64,000 nt of DNA from a candidate division WOR-3 bacterium (lineage in GTDB: Bacteria; Hydrothermota; Tepidihabitantia; SM23-42; JAOAFX01): NCBI GenBank assembly GCA_037444665.1, contig JBBILZ010000005.1, positions 1 through 64,000 on the forward strand. Direction: 5' to 3'. The first letter of the stretch is position 1, and each line of letters starts with the position of its first letter. The notes beneath the pieces were generated by a model. It saw only the letters and a list, made by a program, of their open reading frames with translations, did not search any database and had not been told where the DNA came from. Position numbers and translations under genes: made by a program. This document shows positions 38,393 through 48,901 of the stretch, piece by piece.

Positions 38393-39877
38393 ATGCCCTT
38401 GAGACAGGATAGAAAAGAGCTTGTGATAAAGGCACTAACGCAGAGAGCATGGGTTTATAATGTTGTGGGAAAGAATGAATATGCTTTAATTGATTCAAAA
38501 ATAGCCCTGAATCTGGCAAAGAAAATAGCCAACAAAAAATATATAGCAGAATGCTTTTACCTTATGAGTTCTGTGTATAGTTGTATAAGTAAATTTAAAT
38601 ATATGCTAACTTTAGCCAAGCAAGCATATTTAATAAATATCAAAATTAAAGATAAGAACCAACAGGCACTGTGCCTTGAAAACATCGGACTTGGATATGG
38701 TCTAATCGGCGATTATAATAGGGCGTTTAAGCATTTAAATAATGCCGTGAGACTATATAAAAAAATTGGTGATAGATTGGGGCAGGCATCTTGTTTGAAT
38801 AATATCGGTGGTATTTATAGCTACAAAGGCGAATATGCCCGGGCAATTAAATATTATAACAAATCTTTAGCAATTAAAAAGACTATTAATGACCAATTTG
38901 AACAGGCGTATTGTTTAAATAACATTGGCGGTGTCTATGATTATCTTGGGAATTATCCACAGGCACTTGAACACTATCTATTATCTCTGAAAATGCGCAA
39001 AAAGACTGGCGACCGTCTGGGGCAGGCAAATTGTCTTAATAACATTGGCCTTGTATATATTTATCTTGGTGATTATAAAAAGGCTCTTGAGTATTTTAAT
39101 GAGGCTATAACAATGCGAAAGGAAATTGGTGATAAAAGGGGAGAGTCATTCAGCCTTAACAATCTGGGTATTATATATAAATCACGCGGTGACTATGTAA
39201 AGGCGCTTGATTATTTTAATGAAGCTGTGAAAATTCGTGAGAAAATTGGAGATAAAAGAGCACTGGCATACACTCTTAATGAAATCGGGTCACTGTATAT
39301 TACAATTAAAAAATTTGATAAAGCAAGAGAAGTATTGCTGAAAGTTGAAAAGATTGCAAGGGAACTCGGTGAAAAAGAGGTTTTAAGAAGATTTTTTATA
39401 TCCCGGAGCGAGTTGTTGCTTGCAGAGGATGAATACCGTAATATAAGAACTGCTGAGAATTATGTAGCAAGGGCACTGAAAATAGCTGAAATCTTAAAAT
39501 CAAAATCGGGTTATGCAATAGCGATACTATTGCGGGCAAGGATTGGCACAATCAAAATAAAAAGGTCTTTCTCTGCTAATCCAATGCAATTTAAGAAAAC
39601 TTTTCACCGCAAATGGCAGTCGGTTCAAAGCGATTTTAAAAAGGCGATTAAAATGTTTAATGAATTGCGGCGTCCATTTGAACTTGCACTTGCTTATTAC
39701 TATTATGCAGAGGCTTTGAACACAATGTCAAATTTAATTCAAAACAGTGAGCAGATGGCGTTCAGAGAAAAAACAATTAAGGCATATCATCAAAAGGCAA
39801 AAGAATTATTTGAGAAAATCGGTGCAGAAGATTATTACCGGGGCTTGTTGAGCAATTGTGACCAGAAGAAATTATGA
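38393..39877 (+). CDS. Tetratricopeptide repeat protein
   Basis: About 40-aa repeats LNNIGxxYxxxGxYxxALxY...IGD. Confidence 0.9.
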   Translation: MPLRQDRKELVIKALTQRAWVYNVVGKNEYALIDSKIALNLAKKIANKKYIAECFYLMSSVYSCISKFKYMLTLAKQAYLINIKIKDKNQQALCLENIGLGYGLIGDYNRAFKHLNNAVRLYKKIGDRLGQASCLNNIGGIYSYKGEYARAIKYYNKSLAIKKTINDQFEQAYCLNNIGGVYDYLGNYPQALEHYLLSLKMRKKTGDRLGQANCLNNIGLVYIYLGDYKKALEYFNEAITMRKEIGDKRGESFSLNNLGIIYKSRGDYVKALDYFNEAVKIREKIGDKRALAYTLNEIGSLYITIKKFDKAREVLLKVEKIARELGEKEVLRRFFISRSELLLAEDEYRNIRTAENYVARALKIAEILKSKSGYAIAILLRARIGTIKIKRSFSANPMQFKKTFHRKWQSVQSDFKKAIKMFNELRRPFELALAYYYYAEALNTMSNLIQNSEQMAFREKTIKAYHQKAKELFEKIGAEDYYRGLLSNCDQKKL

Positions 39878-40656
39878 TATACAAAACTTCTAATAAAATG
39901 GATATGCGGATTTCTCAATCAGATTCGCGTTTTATGCGTTCTTCTCTAATTAAATTCAGAATTTCCAAACCAATATTTGGTTTGGTCTTATTATTTTTAA
40001 TCCTATTTTTACCCCAGTGTATCACAGTGCCAGCAATGTATGAAACTGCTGAAGCAAGGGAGGAAAAACGGGCAGGTATTTCAGGACAATATGGTGAAGG
40101 CAGTTATAAAGGGCTCTGTGAATCAACAAAATACAATTACAAATATGGTGGTATAAGAGCTGATTATGGAGATGTTAAAAAATACGGAAATATTATTGAG
40201 GCAGGTTATGAAATTGGAAGTTCAGTAAATATGTTATATGAAACATCAAGCAGTGATACAAATTATCGGAATGAGGCAATTATGCTCCAGCTGGATGGAC
40301 GATTTACTGGGAAGGTTGTTACTCCCACGAATCCAGTGAGATTGGGATTAAAGGCAGCACCTGGTCTATTAGTATATGGAGGTGTTTCGCGCATCAATGG
40401 AAGGAATGATATAGGTGGAGAAATCTATGGATTATCTTATTTCTCGCTCCTGTTAGGTATTGGCAACCCAGAGTTTTTGACCATTGGTTACAGCTATTAT
40501 CCCTTTTTATACACAAACTTTGAACCTTATTATTCTATATTAACTGCCACTTATCATTATAAAAAATATTCTATCACTGCTGGTGGGTTATTGCCACTTG
40601 GTCAGGATGAAACTCCCAAATACCATTTTATCTTAGGCATTGGTATACATTATTGA
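39874..40656 (+). CDS. Hypothetical lipoprotein / beta-barrel-like protein (start uncertain)
   Basis: Hydrophobic stretch ending LPQC; beta-strand pattern; C-terminal GIGIHY. Confidence 0.55.
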   Translation: MIYKTSNKMDMRISQSDSRFMRSSLIKFRISKPIFGLVLLFLILFLPQCITVPAMYETAEAREEKRAGISGQYGEGSYKGLCESTKYNYKYGGIRADYGDVKKYGNIIEAGYEIGSSVNMLYETSSSDTNYRNEAIMLQLDGRFTGKVVTPTNPVRLGLKAAPGLLVYGGVSRINGRNDIGGEIYGLSYFSLLLGIGNPEFLTIGYSYYPFLYTNFEPYYSILTATYHYKKYSITAGGLLPLGQDETPKYHFILGIGIHY

Positions 40657-40687
40657 CTTTTGGTTATAAAGCGATATAATTAAGATC

Positions 40688-41488
40688 GTGATACCCAGAG
40701 AATTCAAAACGATAATTTTTAAAGAGATAAAACAAGTAGGTTATGTTATGTTGAACCGTCCTGAAGTTCATAATGCATTTAATGATAATATGATAGAGGA
40801 TTTACAAAAGGTCTTTGAAGAGATAGAGAACAATACAGAGATCAGGGTCGTTGTGCTTAAGGGTGAAGGTAAATCTTTTTGTGCTGGTGCAGACTTGAAC
40901 TGGATGCGCCGGGTAAAAGACTATTCCTATGAAGAAAACTTAAAAGAATCACTTGCCCTCGCAGATATGCTTTACAAGATTTATACCTGCTCAAAACCGA
41001 CCATTGCCCAGGTGCACGGGTATGCGATTGGTGGCGGAACCGGCATCGTTGCCGTCTGTGATATTGCGATTGCAACAACTGACACCAAATTCAGTTTCAG
41101 TGAAGTGAAGCTCGGGCTCATCCCTGCCTGCATTTCTCCCTATGTTGTAAAAAAATGTGGTGAGGGTAGATGCAGGGAGTTCTTTTTGACCGGGGAAAGG
41201 ATGTCTGCAGAAAAGGCATTCAATGCAGGATTGGTAAATATTGTTGTTCCACCAGATTGTCTTGATAAGGCAGTGCAGGGGCTTGTGGACCAGCTCATTT
41301 CAAGTGGTCCTGAGGCAATAAAAAAATGTAAAGAATTGCTCCGCAATGTGCCATCAATGGAACCTGATGAGTTCAAAAAATATACTGCAGAAGTTATTGC
41401 CCAGATGCGTATTTCTCCTGAGGCACAGGAAGGTATGTCCGCATTTTTAGAAAAACGAAAACCAAAATGGATGAAAGAAGATGTTTAA
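40688..41488 (+). CDS. Enoyl-CoA hydratase family (methylglutaconyl-CoA hydratase-like)
   Basis: LNRPEVHNAF, FCAGADL, EVKLGLIPACISPYV. Confidence 0.9.
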   Translation: MIPREFKTIIFKEIKQVGYVMLNRPEVHNAFNDNMIEDLQKVFEEIENNTEIRVVVLKGEGKSFCAGADLNWMRRVKDYSYEENLKESLALADMLYKIYTCSKPTIAQVHGYAIGGGTGIVAVCDIAIATTDTKFSFSEVKLGLIPACISPYVVKKCGEGRCREFFLTGERMSAEKAFNAGLVNIVVPPDCLDKAVQGLVDQLISSGPEAIKKCKELLRNVPSMEPDEFKKYTAEVIAQMRISPEAQEGMSAFLEKRKPKWMKEDV

Positions 41489-42977
41489 GAAGATTTTAAT
41501 CGCCAATCGTGGTGAGATTGCAATAAGGGTTGCCCGTGCCTGCAAAGAGATGGGCATCTCTGTGATTGGAGTCTATTCATCCATTGATAAAGATTCACTC
41601 CATTTAAATTTTTGTGATGAGGCAGTATGTATAGGTGAACCACCGCCATTATCAAGTTATCTCAATATTGAGAAGTTAATTGAAGTAGCAAAAAGCACCG
41701 GTGCAGAGGCGATTCATCCAGGTTATGGATTTTTAGCAGAGAATCCCGCATTTGCAAAGGCATGCGAAGAGAATAGTATAATTTTTATTGGACCTTCATC
41801 AAAGGCACTGGCACTCGTGGGTGATAAGGTTGCTTCCCGTATTACAGCCAAGAAGATTAATGCGCCAATCATTCCAGGAATGGAAGTTTCAGGCGGAGAT
41901 ATTAAAGAATTTTTGAAGCAAGCAAAAGAGATTGGCTATCCAGTAATTGTCAAAGCGGCATTGGGTGGTGGTGGTAAAGGAATGCATATTGCAAAGGATG
42001 AGAAAGAACTGAATGAGAATATTGAAACGAGCAGGCGTGAGGCAAAGAGTGCATTTGGTGATGAATCGGTCTATATAGAAAAATATCTTGAAAGACCGAG
42101 GCATATAGAATTTCAGGTTTTGCGTGATAAATATGGAAATGTTGTTCATCTCTGTGAAAGGGAGTGTTCAATTCAGCGCAGGCATCAGAAGATTATTGAA
42201 GAGACACCATCTCCGGCATTGACGCCCGAGTTGCGGGAAAAGATGGGTGAGACTGCAAAAAAGATTATCACTGCTGCAGAATATGTGAACGCAGGCACAG
42301 TTGAATTTCTGCTTGACCAGAACAAAAATTTTTATTTTCTTGAGGTCAATGCCCGGGTTCAGGTAGAGCATCCCATCACAGAGATGGTCACAGGCTTTGA
42401 TATTGTGAAGCGACAGATTATGATTGCAGCAGGAGAAAAACTGGACATCAAACAGGAAGATGTGTTACAACGCGGTAGTGCAATTGAGTCGAGAATCTAT
42501 GCTGAAGACCCGGACAACAATTTTCTGCCATCACCAGGGAAAATTCTATTTCTGCAGGAACCCCAGGGTCCCGGCATCAGGGTGGATTCAGGAATATATT
42601 CGGGTTGGAATGTGCCACCACATTATGACCCGATTCTGTCAAAATTGATTGTCTGGGCAGAATCAAGACCATTAGCAATTGCAAGGGCAATTCAGGCATT
42701 GAAGAACTATGTTATCTTGGGAATCAAGACAAATATTCCATTTTTAAAAAGAATAATTGAAACACCACAATTTTTAAAGGGTGAACTCCATACCCATTTC
42801 ATTGATGACAATCTACAATTCCTGATGCCAAAGCACGAAAAGATAAACTTCGCCCTTGTTCTTGCTGCGCTTCAGGCACTGAATAAAAAACCATCTGTCG
42901 TGCCCCAAGAATATAGTAGGTATATTGAAACCAATCCCTGGCTTGAAATTGGAAAGTGGGAAATATGCAGACATTGA
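41481..42977 (+). CDS. Biotin carboxylase subunit of an acyl-CoA carboxylase
   Basis: ANRGEIA, HPGYGFLAEN, GGGGKGM, RECSIQRRHQK. Confidence 0.95.
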   Translation: MFKKILIANRGEIAIRVARACKEMGISVIGVYSSIDKDSLHLNFCDEAVCIGEPPPLSSYLNIEKLIEVAKSTGAEAIHPGYGFLAENPAFAKACEENSIIFIGPSSKALALVGDKVASRITAKKINAPIIPGMEVSGGDIKEFLKQAKEIGYPVIVKAALGGGGKGMHIAKDEKELNENIETSRREAKSAFGDESVYIEKYLERPRHIEFQVLRDKYGNVVHLCERECSIQRRHQKIIEETPSPALTPELREKMGETAKKIITAAEYVNAGTVEFLLDQNKNFYFLEVNARVQVEHPITEMVTGFDIVKRQIMIAAGEKLDIKQEDVLQRGSAIESRIYAEDPDNNFLPSPGKILFLQEPQGPGIRVDSGIYSGWNVPPHYDPILSKLIVWAESRPLAIARAIQALKNYVILGIKTNIPFLKRIIETPQFLKGELHTHFIDDNLQFLMPKHEKINFALVLAALQALNKKPSVVPQEYSRYIETNPWLEIGKWEICRH

Positions 42978-42982
42978 AATTA

Positions 42983-43014
42983 AAATACCTAAATACCTAC
43001 ATTCCTAAATACCT
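42983..43014 (+). repeat. 8-mer tandem repeat (AAATACCT)x4, one degenerate
   Basis: AAATACCT AAATACCT ACATTCCT AAATACCT. Confidence 0.75.
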
Positions 43015-43078
43015 AAAGATTACTAATTTTATTCTAATCGTAGTAGCAGAGTTTAGTCAGCAAAGGATTTGGTAGAAA

Positions 43079-43573
43079 ATGGAAATTAAATTTAGATATT
43101 TAAGTGATATTTATGCAGTGCAATTAGAAAAAGAAGGTGATTTATACAGGGCGACCATCAATGGTAAAGAATACAAAGTTCAGGAACTTACCCTAAAATC
43201 AAATAATGGGCGATATAGCATTGATGATAAAGTGTTTAATATTTTTTATGCAGTTGATAAAGAGCGGGTATATGTCTTAATAGATGGTGAATATTTTGTT
43301 TTTGAACAGGAAAAGTCAGGAACAAAAACAAGAAAGAGTGCAATTGCAGAAAAGGGCAATATTGTTGCCTCACCTATGCCCGGACTTCTGGTTAAACTAC
43401 CTGTAAAAATTGGGGAAAAAATAGATGCAGGCGATGTCTTGGCAATTGTTGAAGCAATGAAGATGCAGAATGAACTACGCTCACCTGCCAGCGGTATTGT
43501 GAAAAAGATCAACTACAAAGAAGGTGACCAGGTAGACGCCTTTGTGCCAATTGTAGAATTGGAAGTTAATTAG
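43079..43573 (+). CDS. Biotin carboxyl carrier protein
   Basis: SPMPG and EAMKMQNE biotinylation motif. Confidence 0.95.
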   Translation: MEIKFRYLSDIYAVQLEKEGDLYRATINGKEYKVQELTLKSNNGRYSIDDKVFNIFYAVDKERVYVLIDGEYFVFEQEKSGTKTRKSAIAEKGNIVASPMPGLLVKLPVKIGEKIDAGDVLAIVEAMKMQNELRSPASGIVKKINYKEGDQVDAFVPIVELEVN

Positions 43574-43625
43574 AAGGATTTTACCTCTTTGCTTTTTGGC
43601 AATATAATTTTAATATTGACAGCAT

Positions 43626-44981
43626 TTGAATAATTATTATAATGAAAAATTAAGGCGGTATTTAGTGGTAAGGAAGGAGCAAAGGTCAAATAATAACATA
43701 GTTTGGTCAATGCAAATATTATTTTCTGTGATTAATGCCTTGAAAAGCAGGGCATATATTTACACGATGTTAGGCGAATATGAGCGGGCATTTGCTGATT
43801 TTGACTATGTTGATTATCTGATTGCAAAAAATCTCAAATTATCACACTTGTCCCAAATTTACCAGACTGTAGAACCGGAGTTTCGTATTGAACAGGCAGA
43901 TATTAATATGCGCCGGGGTTGGATATATAAAACCAAAGGTGATATGAAGTATGCTATTCGTTATTGCCGAAAGAGTATGATGTTAGTCAATCGCTGGAGC
44001 AATCACTTGCGGTTTGTTCAGCAGTCTTCAAATCCCTTCGCAGATATTCTGAAAAAAGTAAGTGCGGATAGTGTTAAGGCGGGTATCTATAATACTCTGG
44101 GAGCAATATATGCAGATTCTGGAGATTACCAGAAAGCAATTTGTAATTTTAAAAAGTTGTACTCAATATCAAAGAAAATGAATGACAAATCTGCGATGGG
44201 AGATGCATCACTTAACTTGGGATTCGTTTATGAAAATTTAGGTGACTATGACCGGGCGCTAAATTTTCTCAAATTGGCATTATCATTTACTAAGATTTCC
44301 GGAGATAAAAACAACGAGGGCATGGTTAACAATAATCTTGGTTATATATATTATCTAAAATGTAACTATAAGAAAGCCATTGATTACTACTTTAAGTTTC
44401 TTCAAATATCACTAAAGACCGGAAGTAGATTAGGAAAGGCACTCGCCTTGAATAATCTTGGTTGCACATATCTGCAGATTGGTAATTTTGAGAAAGCCAG
44501 AACATACTTGCAGGATGCAGAAAACCTCTTTGCTGAAATAGACGATAGATATACGCTCATTGAGACCTATCTGTTTCTGGCTGAACTTAGTATTGCTGAT
44601 ACCACATTAGAACCTAATAATGCGGTACGGATACGAAATGCTCTTAAATATTTGTGCAAGGCGCTAAGATTAGCCAGTGAATTAAGGTCTACCTACAGGA
44701 CCGCTGGTTGCTGTTTGACATCTGCCCGAATATATTACGCTGCAGGTGATTTTAAAAAAGCGCAAAAGGATTACGAAAGAGCAATACATCTTTTCAGGTC
44801 TATAGGTCAAATTCGTGACCTGCTTGATGCATATTTAGGGTATGCTAAGTTGTTAAGCACACTGCCTGTATGTAAACGCAGGAGATTTAAAACAAGGCAG
44901 GAACAATGCATAGCTCAGGCGCGACGACTCTGCAAGAAATTAAAGATTAGAAAATTAGAAAAGTTATGTGGACTTGTGTAA
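43626..44981 (+). CDS. Tetratricopeptide repeat protein (start uncertain)
   Basis: NLGxxYxxxGDYxxA repeats. Confidence 0.85.
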   Translation: MNNYYNEKLRRYLVVRKEQRSNNNIVWSMQILFSVINALKSRAYIYTMLGEYERAFADFDYVDYLIAKNLKLSHLSQIYQTVEPEFRIEQADINMRRGWIYKTKGDMKYAIRYCRKSMMLVNRWSNHLRFVQQSSNPFADILKKVSADSVKAGIYNTLGAIYADSGDYQKAICNFKKLYSISKKMNDKSAMGDASLNLGFVYENLGDYDRALNFLKLALSFTKISGDKNNEGMVNNNLGYIYYLKCNYKKAIDYYFKFLQISLKTGSRLGKALALNNLGCTYLQIGNFEKARTYLQDAENLFAEIDDRYTLIETYLFLAELSIADTTLEPNNAVRIRNALKYLCKALRLASELRSTYRTAGCCLTSARIYYAAGDFKKAQKDYERAIHLFRSIGQIRDLLDAYLGYAKLLSTLPVCKRRRFKTRQEQCIAQARRLCKKLKIRKLEKLCGLV

Positions 44982-45108
44982 TTTAATTATTATTTATAGA
45001 ATGACTAATTAATGTGAACTGTCAGGATAATGGGAAAGATTTGGTTAAACAGAGTTCTGAAAAGCGAGGCATTGCAGATAGAATAAAATAAGAGGAGTAT
45101 GTTTAGTA

Positions 45109-46833
45109 ATGAACACCAGGAATGAACTTTTTGTTCGGGCATTACGAGGAGTGGGACAGGTATACTTTTTAATAGGTAAATATCAAGATGCTATATATAA
45201 TTTTAAAAAATTATATAAAAATTCAGGAGGGTCTAAACTGTTTGCGGCTCAGGCTAAGAGACATATTGCATCAGTATTTGAGAAGATGTGCAGATACGAT
45301 GAATCACTTAATCTTCTTGATGAAATTGAGGATATTTTGGATGGTATCTTAGAAGAAGAAAAAATAGAAATAGCGGATATCTATACATTAAGAGGGTTGA
45401 TTTATAGAATCCAGGGTAGATTTAAAGAGGCAATTTGTGCATGTAAGAAGGGCATAGAAATGGTTGAAAGGCTGAAGGTTACAGAGATTAAAAGGCGCGA
45501 AAATAAGATTAGAATAAAACAGATAATGGCGAATATCTATAATAACTTAGGAGTTTTGTATTATTTAAAAAACGATTATAATAAGGCGATTGAGATTTAT
45601 CAGAAGTGCCTGAAAATTTCTAAAAAAATTAATGATAGACAAGGAATTGGTCAGGCGAGTAATAATTTAGCAAATATCTATTCTGAAATAGGTGATAATG
45701 ATAATGCGATCTCACTTTACAAGAAATCTTTAAGAGTTTTTGAAGCAATCGGATACAAGCAAGCAATCGGCCAGGCAAGCGGGAATTTAGGTATAAGCTA
45801 CTGCGATATAGGTGATTATAACAGGGCTATTGAATGTCACCGAAAGCATCTACAAGTATCAGAGGAGATTGGTTACAAACAGGGTGAAGGTGTGGCAAAC
45901 TGTAATTTGGGAATTGTGAATTGCGAAAAAGGTGATTATGATAATGCCATTAGACATTATCAAAAGTCCTTAGAAATCTTAACGAAAATCGGCCACAAAT
46001 ATGGGATTGGACTGAGCAATCTACATTTAGGAGATGTGTATATGGACAAAGGCGCTTATAATAAGGCATTCCAATTTTATAATAATTACTTAAAAACTGC
46101 GCAAGAGATTCAAGACTTATATGGAATTGGTTTGGCAAATTTGAATTTAGGGTTTGTATTATTAAAAAAAATAGAAACCGTAAAGAAAATATCATTGGTA
46201 ATTAAAAGGAATCAAAAGCATTTTAATAAAATACTTAAAAAAATTGAGAACTATCTAAAAATTTCAGAAAAAAATTTCAATAAAATTAAAGATAGAAAAG
46301 AACTTACTCGCGTATATTTGGGTTTAGCACAACTACAACAGATAAAACAAAATAGCAGAGAAAAGGGCGCACGAATGTCTACCTCAGCAAAAGTCAAAGG
46401 GAAGAGGTTTATTAGCAACATTTTAAAAAAGTATGCTGATAAGATATTAAAAATTGCAGATGAATTTGAATCGCAAGAAACAAAAGCTGACTGCTACTTT
46501 GCATACGGTAAAATCTATTTGCTTATGCTGAGTCAGTTAGCCCAATCAACCTTTTTTAATGCTTCCCGCGTTTTAATCACTAAATCTGATATTAGGTTCA
46601 TAATGGTTAAAATGGAAAAGGCAATTGCGATTTATATTAAATTAAACCGGAAGAAAAAACTTGCAGACTGCTATTGGGAATATGCCAAAATATTGAGACT
46701 TATAGGGAGCGCAAGTCCAAAAATAGTAGCAAAATATATAAACAAATCCATTGCAATTTATAAGGGATTGAATTTATACCATAGGGTTAGAGAGATTAAA
46801 AAAGGACAAATGGAGAAAGATTTATGGATATAG
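45109..46833 (+). CDS. Tetratricopeptide repeat protein
   Basis: IGYKQxxGxAxxNLG...GDYxxAI repeats. Confidence 0.88.
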   Translation: MNTRNELFVRALRGVGQVYFLIGKYQDAIYNFKKLYKNSGGSKLFAAQAKRHIASVFEKMCRYDESLNLLDEIEDILDGILEEEKIEIADIYTLRGLIYRIQGRFKEAICACKKGIEMVERLKVTEIKRRENKIRIKQIMANIYNNLGVLYYLKNDYNKAIEIYQKCLKISKKINDRQGIGQASNNLANIYSEIGDNDNAISLYKKSLRVFEAIGYKQAIGQASGNLGISYCDIGDYNRAIECHRKHLQVSEEIGYKQGEGVANCNLGIVNCEKGDYDNAIRHYQKSLEILTKIGHKYGIGLSNLHLGDVYMDKGAYNKAFQFYNNYLKTAQEIQDLYGIGLANLNLGFVLLKKIETVKKISLVIKRNQKHFNKILKKIENYLKISEKNFNKIKDRKELTRVYLGLAQLQQIKQNSREKGARMSTSAKVKGKRFISNILKKYADKILKIADEFESQETKADCYFAYGKIYLLMLSQLAQSTFFNASRVLITKSDIRFIMVKMEKAIAIYIKLNRKKKLADCYWEYAKILRLIGSASPKIVAKYINKSIAIYKGLNLYHRVREIKKGQMEKDLWI

Positions 46834-48389
46834 CCCATATTGAAATAAACGAGCAATTCAAGAGGGCGCTTGATTTGATGGAGCAGACCAATAAAAATGT
46901 CTTTATTACCGGCAAGGCAGGGACAGGCAAATCCACACTTTTAGAATACTTACGTTCAATTACAAAGAAAAAAATAGTTGTCTTGGCACCGACCGGCGTT
47001 GCGGCGTTGAATGTTGGGGGCGAGACCATCCATTCATTCTTCGGTTTTCTGCCAGATGTTACTATGGAAAGTATTAAAAAGTTGTACCCCCGAGATAGAA
47101 AAACTTATCAAGAGCTTGATACAATTGTAATTGATGAAATTTCAATGGTCAGGGCAGACTTACTTGATTGTGTGGATAAATTTTTAAGGTTGAATGGGAA
47201 AAATCCCGGTGCACCTTTTGGTGGAATACAGATGATATTTATTGGCGACTTGTATCAGTTGCCGCCTGTGGTAACAACAAAAGAGAAAAAGATATTTACC
47301 GAACACTATCAGAGTCCATACTTTTTTGATGCCGGGGTTTTTAAAGAATTATCTATTGAATTCATTGAACTGGAAAAGGTCTATCGCCAAAAAGACGAAA
47401 AGTTTATTGAATTGTTGAATCAAATCAGGAATAATACAATCACTGAAGATAGTATCAATATTTTAAATAGTCGTGTTGGAGCGCAGCTGGCACACAAAGA
47501 AGATGATTTTGTCGTTTATCTTACAACCCTGAATAAAATGGCATTAGAAATAAATAATGAATATTTAAATAAATTACCCGGAAAAGTTTATCAGTGGATT
47601 GCTGAATTAAGTGGTGAATTTGACCCCGGTGCATTTCCTACAGATTTTGAATTGACCATTAAACCCGGTGCCCAGGTGATGATGTTGAACAACGATGCCA
47701 AAAGAAGATGGGTTAACGGCACATTGGGCAGGGTTTATAAAGTAAAGTATAGCAAAGAAGAAGAATACGATGTTATTGTAGTGCAACTGCAGAATGGTAT
47801 AAGGGTAAATGTGGAACCATTTACCTGGGGAATATACCATTTTGAGTATAATGAAGAAACAAAACAGATTGAATCAGAGGTTGTGGGCAGTTTTACCCAG
47901 TACCCCTTGAAACTTGCCTGGGCAGTAACGATTCATAAGAGCCAGGGCAAGACATTTGATAGGGTAATAATTGATGTGGGCAGAGGAACATTTGCCGGTG
48001 GTCAGGTCTATGTGGCATTGAGCAGATGTACATCATTTGAAGGTATCAGTCTGAAAAAACCGATAAAAAAGGGACATATATTTACAGACCGGCGCATAGT
48101 TAAATTTTTAACAAATTTTCAGTATAAAATTTCAGAAAAAGAAATGCCCTTAGAAGAGAAGAAAAAGATTATAAAAGAGGCAATAAAGGAAAATTTACCA
48201 GTTGAGATAGTCTATTTAAAACCGAATGATGAAAAAAGCAGAAGAATTATTACACCCTTTTCAATCGGTGAATTTTCTTATCAAAACAAGCCATTTTTAG
48301 GGCTCAGGGCATTCTGTGAAAAGAGAAAGGAAGAGCGAACATTCCGCATTGACAGAATCCTGAGTATCAAGGTGCTTAAGAATGGATAA
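46824..48389 (+). CDS. Pif1-family SF1B helicase with C-terminal WYL domain
   Basis: GKAGTGKS, IDEISMV, GDLYQLPPV, TIHKSQG, YVALSR; C-terminal RIITP...AFCEKRKEERTFRIDRI. Confidence 0.92.
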   Translation: MDIAHIEINEQFKRALDLMEQTNKNVFITGKAGTGKSTLLEYLRSITKKKIVVLAPTGVAALNVGGETIHSFFGFLPDVTMESIKKLYPRDRKTYQELDTIVIDEISMVRADLLDCVDKFLRLNGKNPGAPFGGIQMIFIGDLYQLPPVVTTKEKKIFTEHYQSPYFFDAGVFKELSIEFIELEKVYRQKDEKFIELLNQIRNNTITEDSINILNSRVGAQLAHKEDDFVVYLTTLNKMALEINNEYLNKLPGKVYQWIAELSGEFDPGAFPTDFELTIKPGAQVMMLNNDAKRRWVNGTLGRVYKVKYSKEEEYDVIVVQLQNGIRVNVEPFTWGIYHFEYNEETKQIESEVVGSFTQYPLKLAWAVTIHKSQGKTFDRVIIDVGRGTFAGGQVYVALSRCTSFEGISLKKPIKKGHIFTDRRIVKFLTNFQYKISEKEMPLEEKKKIIKEAIKENLPVEIVYLKPNDEKSRRIITPFSIGEFSYQNKPFLGLRAFCEKRKEERTFRIDRILSIKVLKNG

Positions 48390-48540
48390 GGTAGGCTGAG
48401 GGATTGAATTTAAATGAAGGAACTGCGCCCAATTTATTCCCTAATACCTGCTTAAAAGCGTAGGAATTGTAGCATATATCTTTTTTCTGATATCAATTTT
48501 AGTCAGTAGGAAAATACCAACCAGGACCTGGTTTTCTGAT

Positions 48541-48584
48541 TTTGTCTTTTTTACAATTGACAAAATGACAAAGTTAAATATTAT
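48541..48584 (+). promoter_or_regulatory. Promoter TTGACA-N16-TATTAT overlapped by imperfect 32-bp palindrome
   Basis: TTTGTCTTTTTTACAA|TTGACAAAATGACAAA; ATG 48590 is 5 nt after the -10 box. Confidence 0.7.
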
Positions 48585-48589
48585 TGGGT

Positions 48590-48901
48590 ATGAAGAGAAG
48601 TAAAATCCCAGAAATTCATTACCGAGCATCAAGGATATGTAGAGTGCTTGGCAATCCCACTGCGTATGAGATATTGCACTTGTTAAAAAATAATGCGCTC
48701 CGTCCAGAAGAAATTGCTGCAAAGATGGGCTTGAGCACCTCTACGGTATCGCTAACCCTCCGTTCGCTTAGACATCTTGATCTGGTAAGATATATGGTAA
48801 AATGGAAAAAGAGAATATACTGGATAAAGGATGATAAGGTACTATCAGTTATGGCTGATTTAGAAAAGCTAGTCAGACGTATTAAATTCCGTGAATATTA
48901 A
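48590..48901 (+). CDS. ArsR/SmtB family transcriptional regulator
   Basis: RVLGNPTAYEILHLL...STVSLTLRSLRHLDLV winged HTH. Confidence 0.87.
   Translation: MKRSKIPEIHYRASRICRVLGNPTAYEILHLLKNNALRPEEIAAKMGLSTSTVSLTLRSLRHLDLVRYMVKWKKRIYWIKDDKVLSVMADLEKLVRRIKFREY

Noticed and set aside
38393..46833. Diversity-generating retroelement or mobile element around the TPR genes
   Set aside because: No reverse transcriptase, integrase, transposase or template/variable repeat pair visible.
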